From Selaginella moellendorffii (taxonomy: Eukaryota > Plantae > Lycopodiophyta), in the NCBI RefSeq assembly GCF_000143415.4, contig NW_003314423.1:74011-138010 (forward strand): a stretch of 64,000 nt of DNA, given 5' to 3'. Below are positions 11,029-23,221 of this stretch, in pieces. Under the pieces are notes generated by a model that was not told the DNA's origin, searched no databases, and saw only the letters and a list, made by a program, of their open reading frames with translations. How positions within the stretch are numbered: the stretch's first letter is position 1; each line of letters begins with the position of its first letter. Position numbers and translations under genes: made by a program.

Positions 11029-11878
11029 ATTGTCACCAGATGATTTTGTTTCGCGATCAACACCACTAGCATGCTATTCACCCCGGCTGCTTCATGAGAA
11101 TGTTAACGCCCAGAGTGCAATGTTGCAACTCCTTGGGATCAGAGATGGAGTTTGTCCTTGAGCTTGAGCTCGCCATCTCAACACACACATATCTCTCTTT
11201 GTTCTCTATGACTACATCTTGCTGTCGATTCAAGCATTTACACAAAACAGGCATTTTTAAATACCAGCACAATCTTACAGCCGTGTCTGCTGCATTCTTT
11301 TCCTTGCTTCCCGAATGGCAAGAAGGTCCACTTAAAACATGGTGATGGAACTTTATAGACATTTTATATAAAACTGGCCCCCATATTTGCAGCAAATGAA
11401 TGCCACACTTTGACTGTTTGCATAAGTGCACCAAATCTATATGAAACTATAAACCACTAAATTGGTCTTTGACTAAAGTGATAGAGACAACCTCCAGAAA
11501 CAGCAAATGCCCAGGGAGGGTATCACATCCACAGTTGAAGCATCGATGGGTCAAGCCCAACGAGCTGCGTTTCCAGTGGCATCGCTCCTTGAGAACGACT
11601 TTTAGTTCTTTCTTTCCAAAAGTAAATGCGATTGAAAGAAGCGTTTAAGCGAGAGAGCTACAGCGTTTTCTTGACTTGGGCAAATTTCAAACAGGCGTTT
11701 CACAGCGATTGAGCCCCGCGCTACGCTCCAAAAGCTCTTGGCGGATAAGAGACTTCCTTGCTTTGATTATATCCATCCTCTTAATTCTTTGGGCTGCCAA
11801 TCTTCTTTCTTTTACTCCTCTCGAGCTAAGCAGCAAGCAAAGCGAGCCATCAGTCATCATCATCCAGAGGATAAATTA

Positions 11879-12295
11879 ATGGATGGTCGCAGCTCCGCTG
11901 CCCATCTTGCGACCAAAGGTCTGTGGCTCCTCGTCTTTGCGTGCTTCGTCTTCGCGGCCTCGGTGCTGGGCTGCCTGTGGCTCTGCTTCCGCCTCCTCGG
12001 CCAGCAAGAGATCGACGACGCAATCGCCGCGGAGGGCGACGCCGCCATCGCCGCCGCGCGCCGCATCCGAATCCCCACGCTCAATTACTCCGCCCTCGAG
12101 ATCAAGAGCCCGGCCACCGCCGCCGCCGCCGACTGCTGCCCCATCTGCCTCGCTCCCTTCCGCGAGGAGCTCGTCAAGAAAATGCCCGTGTGCTGCCACT
12201 ACTTCCACCCGGGATGCATCGACTTGTGGCTGGATTCGCACACCTCGTGCCCAGTTTGCCGGGAAGAGCTTCGTCTCGCGTCCGCCGAGCCCTAA
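11879..12295 (+). CDS. ATL-family TM RING-H2 E3 ubiquitin ligase (copy 1)
   Basis: TM helix, then CPIC-x14-CCHYFHPGCIDLWLDSHTSCPVCR. Confidence 0.9.
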   Translation: MDGRSSAAHLATKGLWLLVFACFVFAASVLGCLWLCFRLLGQQEIDDAIAAEGDAAIAAARRIRIPTLNYSALEIKSPATAAAADCCPICLAPFREELVKKMPVCCHYFHPGCIDLWLDSHTSCPVCREELRLASAEP

Positions 12296-12530
12296 AAACA
12301 GAGTGCCCGCTTCCCAAGAACCCTAAAAACAGGGGACTCTGTTTGGGTTGTGACAATGTCTACTGCCACTGACGTGCGGGAGATGAATGGGAACACGATC
12401 TCCTCCAGAGATTAAAAAATTGCTCCACAAATTCGCTTGTTTCAAAGTCAAAACTGCAACTTGGCTGAGGGAAGAGGAGCGAATTCTTCCCTCCTCGCGG
12501 GATTGCTCCACTGGTGGCAAGCTGGGAGCC

Positions 12531-13031
12531 ATGGAATCAACGCAATCGGCACAGGCTCCAGCGAATGGCCATCACCATCGATCGCAGCACAGCACACGCG
12601 CCGCCCTCAATCAAATCGGCGCCAAGGGCGGCATCGCCATCGTCGTGGGATCGCTCTTCGCGGCGGTGGTGAGCATGTGTGTGGTGGCGTTCTGCGTGTG
12701 GATGTGGGGCAACAGGGGCGGCAGTGGATCGATCGACCAGGAGCAGCAGCAGCTGGGCGATCATCATCAGCCGCGAGCAATCGCGTCGCAGGGGCTGAGC
12801 AGCAAGGCGATCGACAGGATCCCCAAGGTGAGCTTCGCGACGCTCTTCCAGATTCGCGGCGCCAGCGACGTGTGCTGCCCGGTGTGCTTGACCGAGTTCC
12901 AGGCGTCGGATCACAGCGGCACCATCTGGCTCATCCCCGGCTGCAACCATTCCTTCCACTCGGAGTGCATCCAAAAGTGGCTCGCGGCCCACACGTCGTG
13001 CCCGGTGTGCCGGGTGACGATCAAAGACTAA
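12531..13031 (+). CDS. ATL-family TM RING-H2 E3 ligase (copy 2)
   Basis: TM, GLD-like motif GLSSKAIDRIP, CPVC-x18-CNHSFHSECIQKWLAAHTSCPVCR; alternative in-frame ATG at 12387. Confidence 0.92.
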   Translation: MESTQSAQAPANGHHHRSQHSTRAALNQIGAKGGIAIVVGSLFAAVVSMCVVAFCVWMWGNRGGSGSIDQEQQQLGDHHQPRAIASQGLSSKAIDRIPKVSFATLFQIRGASDVCCPVCLTEFQASDHSGTIWLIPGCNHSFHSECIQKWLAAHTSCPVCRVTIKD

Positions 13032-13085
13032 GATGAAAGAAGATAAACCCTAAAGTTTGAAAAGTTTGAACTGAGGAGAAAAGCC

Positions 13086-13157
13086 TGTGGCTGCTGGGAT
13101 TCGAGCCCAGGTCTCCACGGCCACAACGTGGAATTCTAACCACTAAACTACAGCCAC
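13086..13157 (-). tRNA. tRNA-His(GTG)
   Basis: Reverse complement GTGGCTGTAGTTTAGTGGTTAGAATTCCACGTTGTGGCCGTGGAGACCTGGGCTCGAATCCCAGCAGCCACA; anticodon GTG; G-1 is not encoded, as usual in eukaryotes. Confidence 0.96.
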
Positions 13158-13322
13158 ATTAGTTACTGTGTATGAGTAACTATTGAGATTGGTATGATTT
13201 GAATGATAAAATTCTTGACTTAGCTTTACCACAGCACTTTCCTGAAAAAATGTAGGCATGTTCTAAGCTATTATTTGTATGAAAAACAGGAGAGGATGTT
13301 TTGCATGGTTGATTTAGTAGCT

Positions 13323-13481
13323 ATGTTCCTCCTCGAATCTCAATCTCCAGGCGCTTTGCCCTCTGTGGCCAGCCATCGCAATTTCAGGGTGGCGGTGATT
13401 GGGGTTCTATTGATCGCCATTCTGGTTGTCTGTATTGCCTTGGTATGGGCTTTGGTCCTATTGAGCTGCAAGAAGATGTAA
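13323..13481 (+). CDS. Putative first exon of a small single-pass membrane protein
   Basis: ATG, strong hydrophobic helix VAVIGVLLIAILVVCIALVWALVLL, then SCKK, then a GTAAGT donor; downstream exons uncertain. Confidence 0.35.
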   Translation: MFLLESQSPGALPSVASHRNFRVAVIGVLLIAILVVCIALVWALVLLSCKKM

Positions 13482-14633
13482 GTAAAGTTCTCTCTATTTT
13501 CTCTACAGTCTGAACAGAGAGACTCATGCCAAGTGTTCTTGAAATCTACTATTCAGGCACAGGGCGTGCGGTGAGTGCCATGCGAGGAATCAAGTCGTAA
13601 ACCCCTCGACCACAAAACCAAATTCGTGGTGACTTTGAGAGGAACATGTACCGAGTGATAGTGGATCAAAATTCTCGTTTTCTTCCCAGTTTTGATTCGA
13701 AACCTTGGAGCTGGCTTGTCCGATCTCTCGCATGAAAAACGTGATAGAAGGAACAAAGGGGCGCCTGCTATTCCCCAGTGCTTGGAGCGCCAGCCACCGC
13801 TCCTTTTCACCTCCGCCGACATCCCTTCCTCTAGAAGAGAGCACTGATCGATCGGGTCATTGGATCCGACAGCGAGTCGCCCAGAATTGTGGAAATCAGT
13901 GGGCAGCTTCGAAGCCACGCGTGGGTGTTGGCCACCACTGGATTCGGTCCAAAGGTCCCGGACCCCACACTCTCTAGTAGAATTGGAAAGAACACACACT
14001 ACTCGACCGCCCCCCTTGCTGGGGCTTTCGTTCGTCGCCCAAATTGGAGCGAGCACCCACGAATTGGGAGGTGATAGTCGAAGAAAACGTTTCTATATGA
14101 AATTGGGTTTTAGATCGCACTCGACACTGGAGAAGAACACGTTCTTGTCAACGACAGGGATTGTTTTTTGAGGTGGCGGGAAATCTTTTTTTTAAATTCT
14201 CTATAGTCTATACCACCACTAGCCGGGTTTCTGGAGCCACTGAAAGAGATTGCCATGCCATGCGACCGAAATAAACGAACCCCTCGCCGACAAGAATCTA
14301 CATTCGCAAATAGCCACAGAAAAAGAGAAAAAATGAGGAATTTTCTTTCTTCCAGAATTCCAGGCGAAAAGGAGACTTGAAACTTCAATGGCGCTGTGGA
14401 CCATGGCCAGCTTTGAATATCTCTCAACACGTAGCAAACATGAGCTGGATAGGGAATCTACTTTTCAGAAAATTTAACCCCGCCGCCACCTCGTTTTTTA
14501 CCTGCGAGCATAAAGAATCTTTGTAAGAACCAGTGTATGGGGTATTTTCCAGTCGCCGAATATGCCCGCCCTCGAAACCATTTAACCGGGGGTTTGCTCG
14601 AGCGAGGGAAGTGAAAGAGAGAAGGGAAGGGAA

Positions 14634-15392
14634 ATGGACAGAGAGCTTGCTGGAGCCCATCCATCCCCGGCGCCCACGATCGCGATCGCCGCCGCCGCCG
14701 CGGGATCCTCCAGCTTCGCGATGATCCTCTCGGCGCTGCTGATCGTGGCGACGATAATGGGCGCCATGGCCTTCTGCGTGTGGATGTGTGGATGCAGCCC
14801 CGAGGACGTGATCCGGGCACGCAGCGGCGGCGCGGGCGATGGCGCGAGCGATAGATCAGCGCTGCCAGCGGCCAAGGCGGGGATGAGCAAGCAAGCGATT
14901 GAGAAAGCTCTGCCGGTGATGAGCTATGGCGCGGCGCGGATGCTGGCCTCGCAGAGGACGATGAACCCCGAGCTGGGCTGCTGCTCCATCTGCCTGGCGG
15001 AGTTTGGCAAGCAGGACGATTTCATCCGGATGATGCCCAGCTGCGGGCATTGCTTCCACTCGGAATGTATCGCGCTGTGGCTCGTCGCGCACAGCTCCTG
15101 CCCGGTCTGCCGCCGGAGCTTGATCGGGCTGGAGACGCAGTGCTGCAAGAATTGCGGAAGAAGCACGGCCAGCAATCCTCAAGCTCCTCCTCCTCCTCCA
15201 TCTCCTCTACCGCCGCCGCCGCCGCCCACCACGCGTGACCTCAGCTTTAGCGAGGCTGTTGCTTGCTACTCGGTCCAGTTGCAAACAGCGACAATGCCAA
15301 TCCCAACTCCCGAGCCGAGCAGGACGATTCAGCTAGAAGAGGTTGTGATCGAGGTGCCACCTGATGATTTTCGTCGCGATCACCATCACTAG
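14634..15392 (+). CDS. ATL-family TM RING-H2 E3 ligase (copy 3)
   Basis: TM, GMSKQAIEKALP, CSIC-x16-CGHCFHSECIALWLVAHSSCPVCR, Pro-rich tail. Confidence 0.92.
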   Translation: MDRELAGAHPSPAPTIAIAAAAAGSSSFAMILSALLIVATIMGAMAFCVWMCGCSPEDVIRARSGGAGDGASDRSALPAAKAGMSKQAIEKALPVMSYGAARMLASQRTMNPELGCCSICLAEFGKQDDFIRMMPSCGHCFHSECIALWLVAHSSCPVCRRSLIGLETQCCKNCGRSTASNPQAPPPPPSPLPPPPPPTTRDLSFSEAVACYSVQLQTATMPIPTPEPSRTIQLEEVVIEVPPDDFRRDHHH

Positions 15393-15739
15393 CCAGCGCC
15401 CAGTGAATGCTCTGTTCCTGGCGCGGAAAATTCGTGTACATTTTGTGTTGTAACAAAGAAAAGAGAAGAATTTCAGGTCTGCGATTGTCGCTTCGCGTCC
15501 TACGCACTGACTCCCGCGCACTCAACCACTTCTCGTCCTGGGTGTGGAGAAAAAATTGGCTTTGGTCACCAGCGTACCATCGGTCTCCCTCCCCCGGTGT
15601 TTTAGGGTTCTTCGCGAGAACGAGAAAGATTGACAGAGATCTTTTAAGCTCTCTCACCTCATCCCGACCGTTAAAAGATTTATGTGGTCTCTAGGGTTTT
15701 GAAGGTCGCGCGACGCGAGCGAAAATCGAGGCGCTCGCA

Positions 15740-18590
15740 ATGGCGATTGCGTGCGTCGGCCTCGGGCGATTCGGCGCCTCCACCGCGGCCACATTCCCAG
15801 AGATTTGCAGTGGCAGCGCCATTGCCCCAGGTAGCGGAAGAGTCGATTCCTTGTCGGAGTGATTGCATTTCGTTTTCCAACTCAATTGCAATGGTCGGGC
15901 AGTCCTGGCGATTTTAAATTCTCGCAAGTCGCCAGCACTGAGGATCTAGCAATGGAGGAGGAGAGCTTTCTCTCGTCCTGTCAATAATTCTCGGGAATTG
16001 CATTGCAGGATATGCTCCTCCTCCTCGGCAGGAATTTTCTGGGAGGAAGCACGGGAGGAACAGTCGGTTTCATCGTCAGTGGAGGGCATCTTGGCTTCTC
16101 TTGTCACCTGAGACATTTCTTTCCCGGGATTTGTCGCGCACCACCAGAGGCTGTGCTGCGGTCACGAGTGGTAACCTTGATGCTGCTTTACCCGAGAAGG
16201 GCCCCGGAGAGTTCTTGCTTGCCGAGGTAACAGTTCTTTCGACCAGATGCTCTTTGTCGTGACAAATCATTTTACTTGGTTTCGTGTGGCATCCAGGTCA
16301 GGAAAAGGAGGGAAGAACTTGCGGCCCTAGTCAGGAAAGATGGCGAGCGAGATCCACTTTGGAAGCAAAAGCTGCCGCTCTGGGCCGTGAGGAAGCTTCA
16401 GGGGCGTGAGTTGACGAAGACGATCATGGAGCTGAGTCGAAAGAGACGTTTGAAAGAGGTAGTTATGGCATGGCATCCAGCTCGGCTTACGTTCTCCGTG
16501 TTGCATTGGACAGATTTTTGAGATTCTGGATTGTGCAAAGGAGAAGAAACTAGTGAATCGGAAAACGATGAACGCTGTGATGGAAGCTTGCGTGCATTGT
16601 GGTGATATTCATCGAACCATGCAGCTTTTCCAATACATGGTACAACCAGATGCTTGTGGAGTTGACGAAATCACTTACGGCACTCTTATAAAGGTTTGTT
16701 TTCTTATCTGCATTGATGATATCATTGAGAATCACTAATTTGATCATTAAATAGGGGCTTGGAAAGGCAGGACTTTTGGACGCTGCTTTCCAGATTTTGG
16801 AATCGATGGACCTTGGCACAGCTCCTGGCAAACCAAAACTTTCACTGATTCATCTCAACACGCTAATAAATGCCTGTGCCAATGCTGGTATTTGTATCTT
16901 TTGTTATTGTTTAGAAAGGTGATTGCTATACTCCCATACAGGGGATGCAAGGCGCGCTCGAGGTGCTCTTAAACGATACCACTCCGTAATAAAAGACGAA
17001 GGTCCGTCCCTGGTGACATACAATATGCTGATCAAGGTATACCAATTTTAAGGTATGACTCACAAACGCTAATGCGTGCTATTCACAGGGGTACGCTCGA
17101 TCAGAGAACCCTTTGGAGGCTCTAAAAGTTAGAGAAGAGATGCAGCTGCGTGGAATGCAGTTAAACAAGCTTTCGTGGAATTCGCTTGTCATGGCATGCG
17201 TTAGAGGACAAGACATGGACGCGGCACTTGAGATTCTAGAGGAGATGAAGGTCTTTTGATTCTGGTTTTCTTGTTCGAATTTTATTAGTTACGTTCTCTT
17301 TTGGTTTGCCGTTTGCCAGGAAGCAGGAAAATACTCTGTAGATTTGGCACCAGATGTGGTAACGTACACGACCCTCATAAAGGTGCGTTGCGACAAGAGC
17401 TTTTTGCGAAAGGTGGCTCTCATTTGATCAGGGTCTTGCAGATGCTGGAAATCTGGACGGCGTGTTGAAGATGGTGGCTGAAATGAAAGCATCCACGTCT
17501 TGCGTGATAGATCGCGTTGGATACACTGCGATCATCGACGCTTGCATAACAGCTGGCTCGCCTACAGGTAGTACATTTGCTACATTGGTACCATCTAACT
17601 TATTCTTTTGTCTTGTAGACGCTTTGACATTCTTTCAAGAAATGGAATGTCTGGCAAAGGAAGACCGTCGACTAAGGCCACGAGTGCATGCTTTCCTTTC
17701 TATGATGAGGGCGTTTTCAGAGATAGGTGACGTCGAGAAAGTTTCGCTTCTCAAGTCGAGAATGGCTGTGGGATCTGCCGGGCACATTTGGGCGGAGGAT
17801 CGACTAGAGGCAGATGAGCTACTAATCGAAGCTGCAGTGGTCAGTGGCGAGGTACATGTACGCTGTTTTACTTTTGACTTTATGTCAACACAGTGGCTCT
17901 CTTTCAGATAACTCTTGCACGGAACGTTCTGAAGAACATGACAAGCCTGAATAAAGCTCTACACTTGAGTCAGCGTGGATTCACGGTATGTGTATTCCTA
18001 CTTAGCCCGCTAATCTCCTCTCTTTGTAGGCCATCGTACGCCTCCAGGCAATGACTAATTTTACTGAGAACATGTTTCAACCATTCATTATAAGAGAACA
18101 GGTTCGGGTCTTTGCAAAGGTTTCGATTGGAGCTTTCTAAGTGCGATGCTTGCTGTCAGATATCATTGAAGGCTTCGTTGGAGAGCATCATTCCCAGCTT
18201 GAAGACTCTACAGCCGCTTTCGTCTTCCCAAAAGGTGAAGGATGTGCTGATGTGCTTCCTCGATCGAGATGTACTTCCTGTAGTGTCTGATGAGAACGGC
18301 CAGTGCATTGGAGCTGTTCATGCCAGAGACTGCAACCAGGTTGGATCTTTACAAGCTTCCTTTTTGGTAGAATCCTAACCTCGCTCTTTTGTTTCCAGGT
18401 GGATCCATTGCTTGTGGACGTCATGCAAGATCCTCCATCTCTGATACCAGGCACGGCATCAGTGAGAACCGCCATTGACTTCCTGGTTGCACCCCGAGTA
18501 ACTTTGGTAGGAGTGAGTTCTGGGTCCGGGGAATTAAGCTTCCTCACGAGAGAGGTTCTTTTCAGCTTTTTGTCTCAATCTTCAAATTAA
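15740..18590 (+). CDS. Multi-exon P-class PPR protein with C-terminal CBS domain(s) (CBSPPR1/At5g10690-like); start codon approximate
   Basis: Exons with short GT-AG introns: LTKTIMELSRKRRLKE, MNAVMEACVHCGDI, VDEITYGTLIK, PDVVTYTTLIK, GYTAIIDAC, then CBS-like LPVVSDENGQCIGAV. Confidence 0.85.
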
Positions 18591-18893
18591 TCTTTTCTCG
18601 CAAAGGACAGGTCAATTAAAGTATCATTCCCGTGATGGAGGTGTGTCATCACAGATGTGAGTCCAACATTTTCCATTCTTTTCTCTCGGCCTCCTTGCTA
18701 AAAACTCAATTTGTGCACGTCTCAGGCAGTCGCCCGTGAAGGAACAAACATGGAGCATGGCATGAACGTCGCGGATACCTTCTCCGTTGTTTCTCGAGCA
18801 GCTGCGGGTTGCTTGTGGCGCACGAAATGGGTACCGTGTTAAAGGGGTTTAAAAACTCGCCAGGTATTGTGCTCCTGGATCGCTCGCACGAAC

Positions 18894-19457
18894 ATGACAG
18901 GCTTTGGGTTTGGAGGATACCCGGAGGCAACATTGCCAGGCTCTTCCCAGATGGCTGCCGATGCTCCAGCAGCAGCGGCAGCGAAGTTTTCGAGCTTGGG
19001 ACAGGGCGTCAACGTTGTCATGACAGCAGCCGGGGGTCTGCTAGTTCTGGTGGGATTCATCGCCTTCGGGATATGGATGTGCGGCCGCGCTTCCTCCGCT
19101 CAGAGTGCTCGCGTCGCGCAACAGGTGGAAGTTGTCAAGCCCGGCTTGAGCAAGGAGGCGATAGCAAGGATACCAATCACCAGCAGCTTTGCGAATCCAG
19201 AGGGGGGCACTAGCAGCAGCAGCAGCAGCAGTAGCGAGGCGTGCGCGATTTGCCTGGGTGAATTGGACGACAGGGTCCGGGTCCTTCCCAAATGCAGCCA
19301 CGCCTTCCACGCCGAGTGCGTCGATATGTGGCTCTTCTCGCACAAGACTTGCCCGACTTGCCGGTCGGATCTCTCCAGCCTCGAGCAGCAGCAGCAACAA
19401 CAACAGCAGCAGCAGCAGCCAGATCAAATGGTAGTGGTGGTGGTGGATTCCCGGTGA
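18894..19457 (+). CDS. ATL-family TM RING-H2 E3 ligase (copy 4)
   Basis: [17 protein letters not shown]-x13[24 protein letters not shown]; poly-S and poly-Q tracts from (CAG/AGC)n. Confidence 0.92.
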   Translation: MTGFGFGGYPEATLPGSSQMAADAPAAAAAKFSSLGQGVNVVMTAAGGLLVLVGFIAFGIWMCGRASSAQSARVAQQVEVVKPGLSKEAIARIPITSSFANPEGGTSSSSSSSSEACAICLGELDDRVRVLPKCSHAFHAECVDMWLFSHKTCPTCRSDLSSLEQQQQQQQQQQQPDQMVVVVVDSR

Positions 19458-20044
19458 CGATCGATAGTTCTCTCGTAGCGGCGTTGGTTTTTCCCTCTTC
19501 TCGAGCAAAGCTCTTTCGCGTAGTCGTAGAGGCAGGAGGAGTTGGATTGTCATATCAGTTAAAGTCCGGACTGGAGATATCAATGTAGGCAGGAGGGATT
19601 GTCTCTATGCGATGAGCAGAGAGCTCTTTTTTGGCTCGCATGGCATCATCGCTCGGCTTATATCCAGGTCGCGACGCGATAGAGAGACGATCGAAAGCGA
19701 AAGAAGTTGCGTGGTCCTGCAAACAATCAGAGCAAGGAGAACAAGGTCTTCCTTCTTGATCTATATCGGAGAACTTATGTCCTGTAGATTGATATAAACG
19801 TGGCAAGAAAAAAAAATAAAAATGGGACCCTTCAAAAGAGAGACCCTGTCAAAATGGAAGATAGTTTCTTTCGCCCATGGAGAAGCAATCTATAACCCAG
19901 TCGAGATACGAACGATAGAAACTATTAAGCGCGTAGAGAAAGCTTCCGGGAATCAATCTCTCAACCCTTGGCCTCCAATTTGGAAGGCGGTAGCTTCAAC
20001 TTCTAGGCTTCTAGAACAGGAAACTTTAGGATGTGCACGGCCCT

Positions 20045-20203
20045 CCATGTCATAGCCCAAGTCCTGCCTTTCGCCCCATGTCATAGCCCCGGGAGAAGAC
20101 GTGCGAGAACATAGAGGCGCGCGGAATTCCACCACGTGTCAAGCCGCCAAACCCAGCTTCGCGCGCTCTTACCCTAAAAACCTCCCCTTCTTTGGATATA
20201 AAT
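20045..20203 (+). promoter_or_regulatory. Putative proximal promoter of ATL copy 5
   Basis: 14-bp direct repeat CCATGTCATAGCCC at 20045 and 20076, G-box CCACGTGTC at about 20133, TATAAAT at 20197, about 100 bp before the ATG. Confidence 0.4.
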
Positions 20204-20297
20204 TTAGGGCGGCAACAACAACCCGGAAAAACAGGGGGCTGTTCTTCTTGGAGCTCTCGCTCCTTGGGCGGAGAAAAGGAGGAATTTTCATGTTTCC

Positions 20298-20969
20298 ATG
20301 GCGGATTGGAGCTCCGGAGGCTCGATCTCTTCGTTTGCGTGGCCGCCATTCCCGTCCAATGGCATGGAGGACGGGCAGTGGCCGCCGTGGCCGGGCGCCG
20401 GCACTGGCAACAACAATTTCTTTGGCTGGCAGGGGTTTGGATTCGCGAGTCCCAGGCGCAACGACGGCCTGGGCGCCGGGACGATCATCCTCGTCGCGGT
20501 GCTCGTCACTGGATTCTCGCTCATGACGCTCCTGCTGCTGCGCCTGTGGTTCTGCGGGTGCTCCCAGGACGACGACGCGCGGCGCGCGGGGAATTCGCAG
20601 CCCGCGATCGCGAACAAGCTCGCGATTGGGCTGCGCAGGGACGTGATCGAGAGCTTCCAGGTGGTGAATTACAAGGCGCTCGTCGCCATGAGGGGAAGGG
20701 AATCATCATCGAGCGCCCCGGGCGAGGGGGAGTGCTGCTGCCCGGTCTGCCTCATCGATTTCGGGGAGGAGGACAAGAGGATCAGGGTTCTTCCCGGCTG
20801 CGGCCATGGATTCCACACGGAATGCATCGATATGTGGCTCTTCTCGCACACCTCCTGCCCCGTCTGCCGCCGGGAGCTCCTCCCGCCATCGCCCAGCTCC
20901 AGCGCTCGCCGGGATGATCGCGTCGTCGTCATAGAGATCCCCCAAATCCATCCCCAAGAGCGTGGCTGA
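20298..20969 (+). CDS. ATL-family TM RING-H2 E3 ligase (copy 5)
   Basis: TM, GLRRDVIESF, CPVC-x16-CGHGFHTECIDMWLFSHTSCPVCR. Confidence 0.92.
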   Translation: MADWSSGGSISSFAWPPFPSNGMEDGQWPPWPGAGTGNNNFFGWQGFGFASPRRNDGLGAGTIILVAVLVTGFSLMTLLLLRLWFCGCSQDDDARRAGNSQPAIANKLAIGLRRDVIESFQVVNYKALVAMRGRESSSSAPGEGECCCPVCLIDFGEEDKRIRVLPGCGHGFHTECIDMWLFSHTSCPVCRRELLPPSPSSSARRDDRVVVIEIPQIHPQERG

Positions 20970-22301
20970 TGATCGTGCCGCGTGGGCTCTCGCATTTCTT
21001 CGTTTTCTCCTTTTCGTGTTCTTTCCGGGGCATATTCGCGGCGGATATTCCAGGCTCTGCGCGTTCTGTGAAATAAGGCCCTGCTCGACGGTCGATCCAA
21101 AGGAATCGACCGAGAGAAGTCACATGGAAATTTAGAATTCTTTTCGCTGGCTCTCTCGCTCGCTCGCTCGCAGCGATCGATCGATCGATCGAACCAGCGT
21201 GTCAATCTCGTTGTCTATCCTTCGAATTTCATGACGAATGGAAAAACAAAAAAAGTCGAGCGCTCCAGAACAAGAACAGAGTTTTCTACGCTTTTTGGCC
21301 CCGTCGATAGATTTTTCTATTGGATTGGAGCAATGAGCTGGAGAGCGACGAATCAATAGTCGCTTTGCTTAGCTTCGCATGGCAGCACTGCAGTGGAGCC
21401 AAGCCAAAGTCTTCTTCTTCTTCTTCTTTTATTTTGTCTTTGGAAGCACTTTGGAAGCTTTTGATGATGATTATGGCGATGACGAGGATTCATGATCCGG
21501 GCGCGCAATCGCTGTCGTTGGTCCCCGCCCGGAACGTCGCATCTGACGGCGCGTGTTGATCGAGCCGCCCGCCAGTCGCCACCACTGCCTGTTGTTTAGC
21601 TTCCAAGCATTGTCGCAGCAAAGGCCTATCTCTCCTTTCCGTGGCTAGCCATAACAAGAGAGATCAAAGTAAGCAAATCCCAAGAGCGCAATGGTGTAGC
21701 TATCAATCGCGAAGCTCGGTTTACTTGATTTTTCTTCTTTTCTTCCAGTCTCTTTCTCACGATCGATCGTAAATTCCTTCGCTCCAACTCCACTATGTAT
21801 GAGGTCGCCATCAAATTCCTAGCTAGGCCTACCAGAAACTTGCATTGGATTACGTACAGAAGCCGGGAAATCGTCTCTCGCAATCCAAAACAGTGAGATT
21901 TTCCTTTCTTTAATGCTCAAAGTTTTCCTCTCTTGAACAGTAATGCTAAAGACTAAAAGTCTAAGTCTTCTAGCAAAGGAAGTTTTGGAGGTCTTGGCGC
22001 CAAGTAACCCCGAACATTAGGTCACCATCCATTTTCTGGGGTCGCTCTCCTACATCTACCAAGAGCAACAGGAAGAAAAACGAAACATCCGTAGAGAAAT
22101 CAATCATTTCCTACTCTTGATTGATTAGCAATGGTGTTTATTCTCTGGCCATGGGTGACGCTGGCAAACAGGGTCCTTGAATCGTTATTATAATCCAGCA
22201 AACAGGAAGAATTTCGATTTGTACAATGCCAGGAAATGCGATGATTGATTGCGTGCTAGAAATTCGAGAACAGCTACACCAACTATCTTTGCCAAGAAAA
22301 T

Positions 22302-22979
22302 TCACCCACACTCGCAATCGGTGGCTACCGGCGCGGGGGAGGATGGGGCGGATCGGCTGCTGCGCCGGTGCTGCTGCCGATCGCAGAGAGAGCCCGAGGA
22401 GCTTGCACCATTCGCGACGATCGATCCAGCGCAGGGTTGATGATCATCGGCCGCGATTCCCCTGCGGCACAGGGGGCAAGTGAGATACGAGCAAAGCCAG
22501 AGCTGGATGCATTGGGTGTGGAAGCAGTGGCCGCAGCCGGGCAGCGCACGGATCTCCCAGCTCTGAATTTCACGATCGCCCAAATCAAGATCTTCGGATT
22601 CCTCCTCCCCACCGCCAATCTTCCGCCCAAAATCTGTCAAGCACACCGCGCAGCACTCGTCCGCGCGCCGCGCATCGTCCGATGAGACAATGGGCAGCAA
22701 TCCAACGGTCGCCTTGGCGCGCGTCTGGCGCTCTTGCGCCCCCACGGACGGCCCGATTCTTCCCTCCCCCTGCTGCCGTCCCCTCCTCCGCGAGCTAAAG
22801 CACCAGAAGAGCACCATGATCGAGAGGCTCGCCCCCATTCCACACAGGACGATCGCGACGCAAGTGAGAGTGGTGAGATGGAAGGGCTTGTGGTGGCGGT
22901 AGAGGTGATTGTGGATCATAGGCGCCGAATCGGGAGCTCCTTCTTCCCCAGCGAGTGAGAATGGCGGGAACCTTGCCAT
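22302..22979 (-). CDS. ATL-family TM RING-H2 E3 ligase (copy 6) with a long loop insertion
   Basis: TM, CAVC-x35-CGHCFHTQCIQLWLCSYLTCPLCR; possible upstream in-frame ATG at 23129. Confidence 0.88.
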   Translation of the reverse strand: MARFPPFSLAGEEGAPDSAPMIHNHLYRHHKPFHLTTLTCVAIVLCGMGASLSIMVLFWCFSSRRRGRQQGEGRIGPSVGAQERQTRAKATVGLLPIVSSDDARRADECCAVCLTDFGRKIGGGEEESEDLDLGDREIQSWEIRALPGCGHCFHTQCIQLWLCSYLTCPLCRRGIAADDHQPCAGSIVANGASSSGSLCDRQQHRRSSRSAPSSPAPVATDCECG

Positions 22980-23221
22980 TTTTTCGCGGCGCCGCGGCTG
23001 CTGTCGATCGATGCCGATGTTGCGATGCGAGGGCTGCTGAGATTTCAATCGGGGAGGCAGTGATTTATCTGGATTGAGTGGAGGAACAGGAGCTATAGCA
23101 GGGGAAATGGCCACTATAGGTATCGCCATCAAGAAATTCCAGAAAATTGAAAAGCAAGAGCTTGATGCGCTTGAAAAGAGAGAAGAATCTTCCTCTGCTA
23201 GGCCCGTAGATCAGGATCTCA

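Noticed and set aside
21000-22290. Possible miRNA or small gene in the gap where the ATL orientations converge
   Set aside because: Only simple repeats ((TCGC)n, (GATC)n, (TTC)n) and a short imperfect hairpin at about 21944-21975; no long stem, recognisable mature miRNA or convincing ORF
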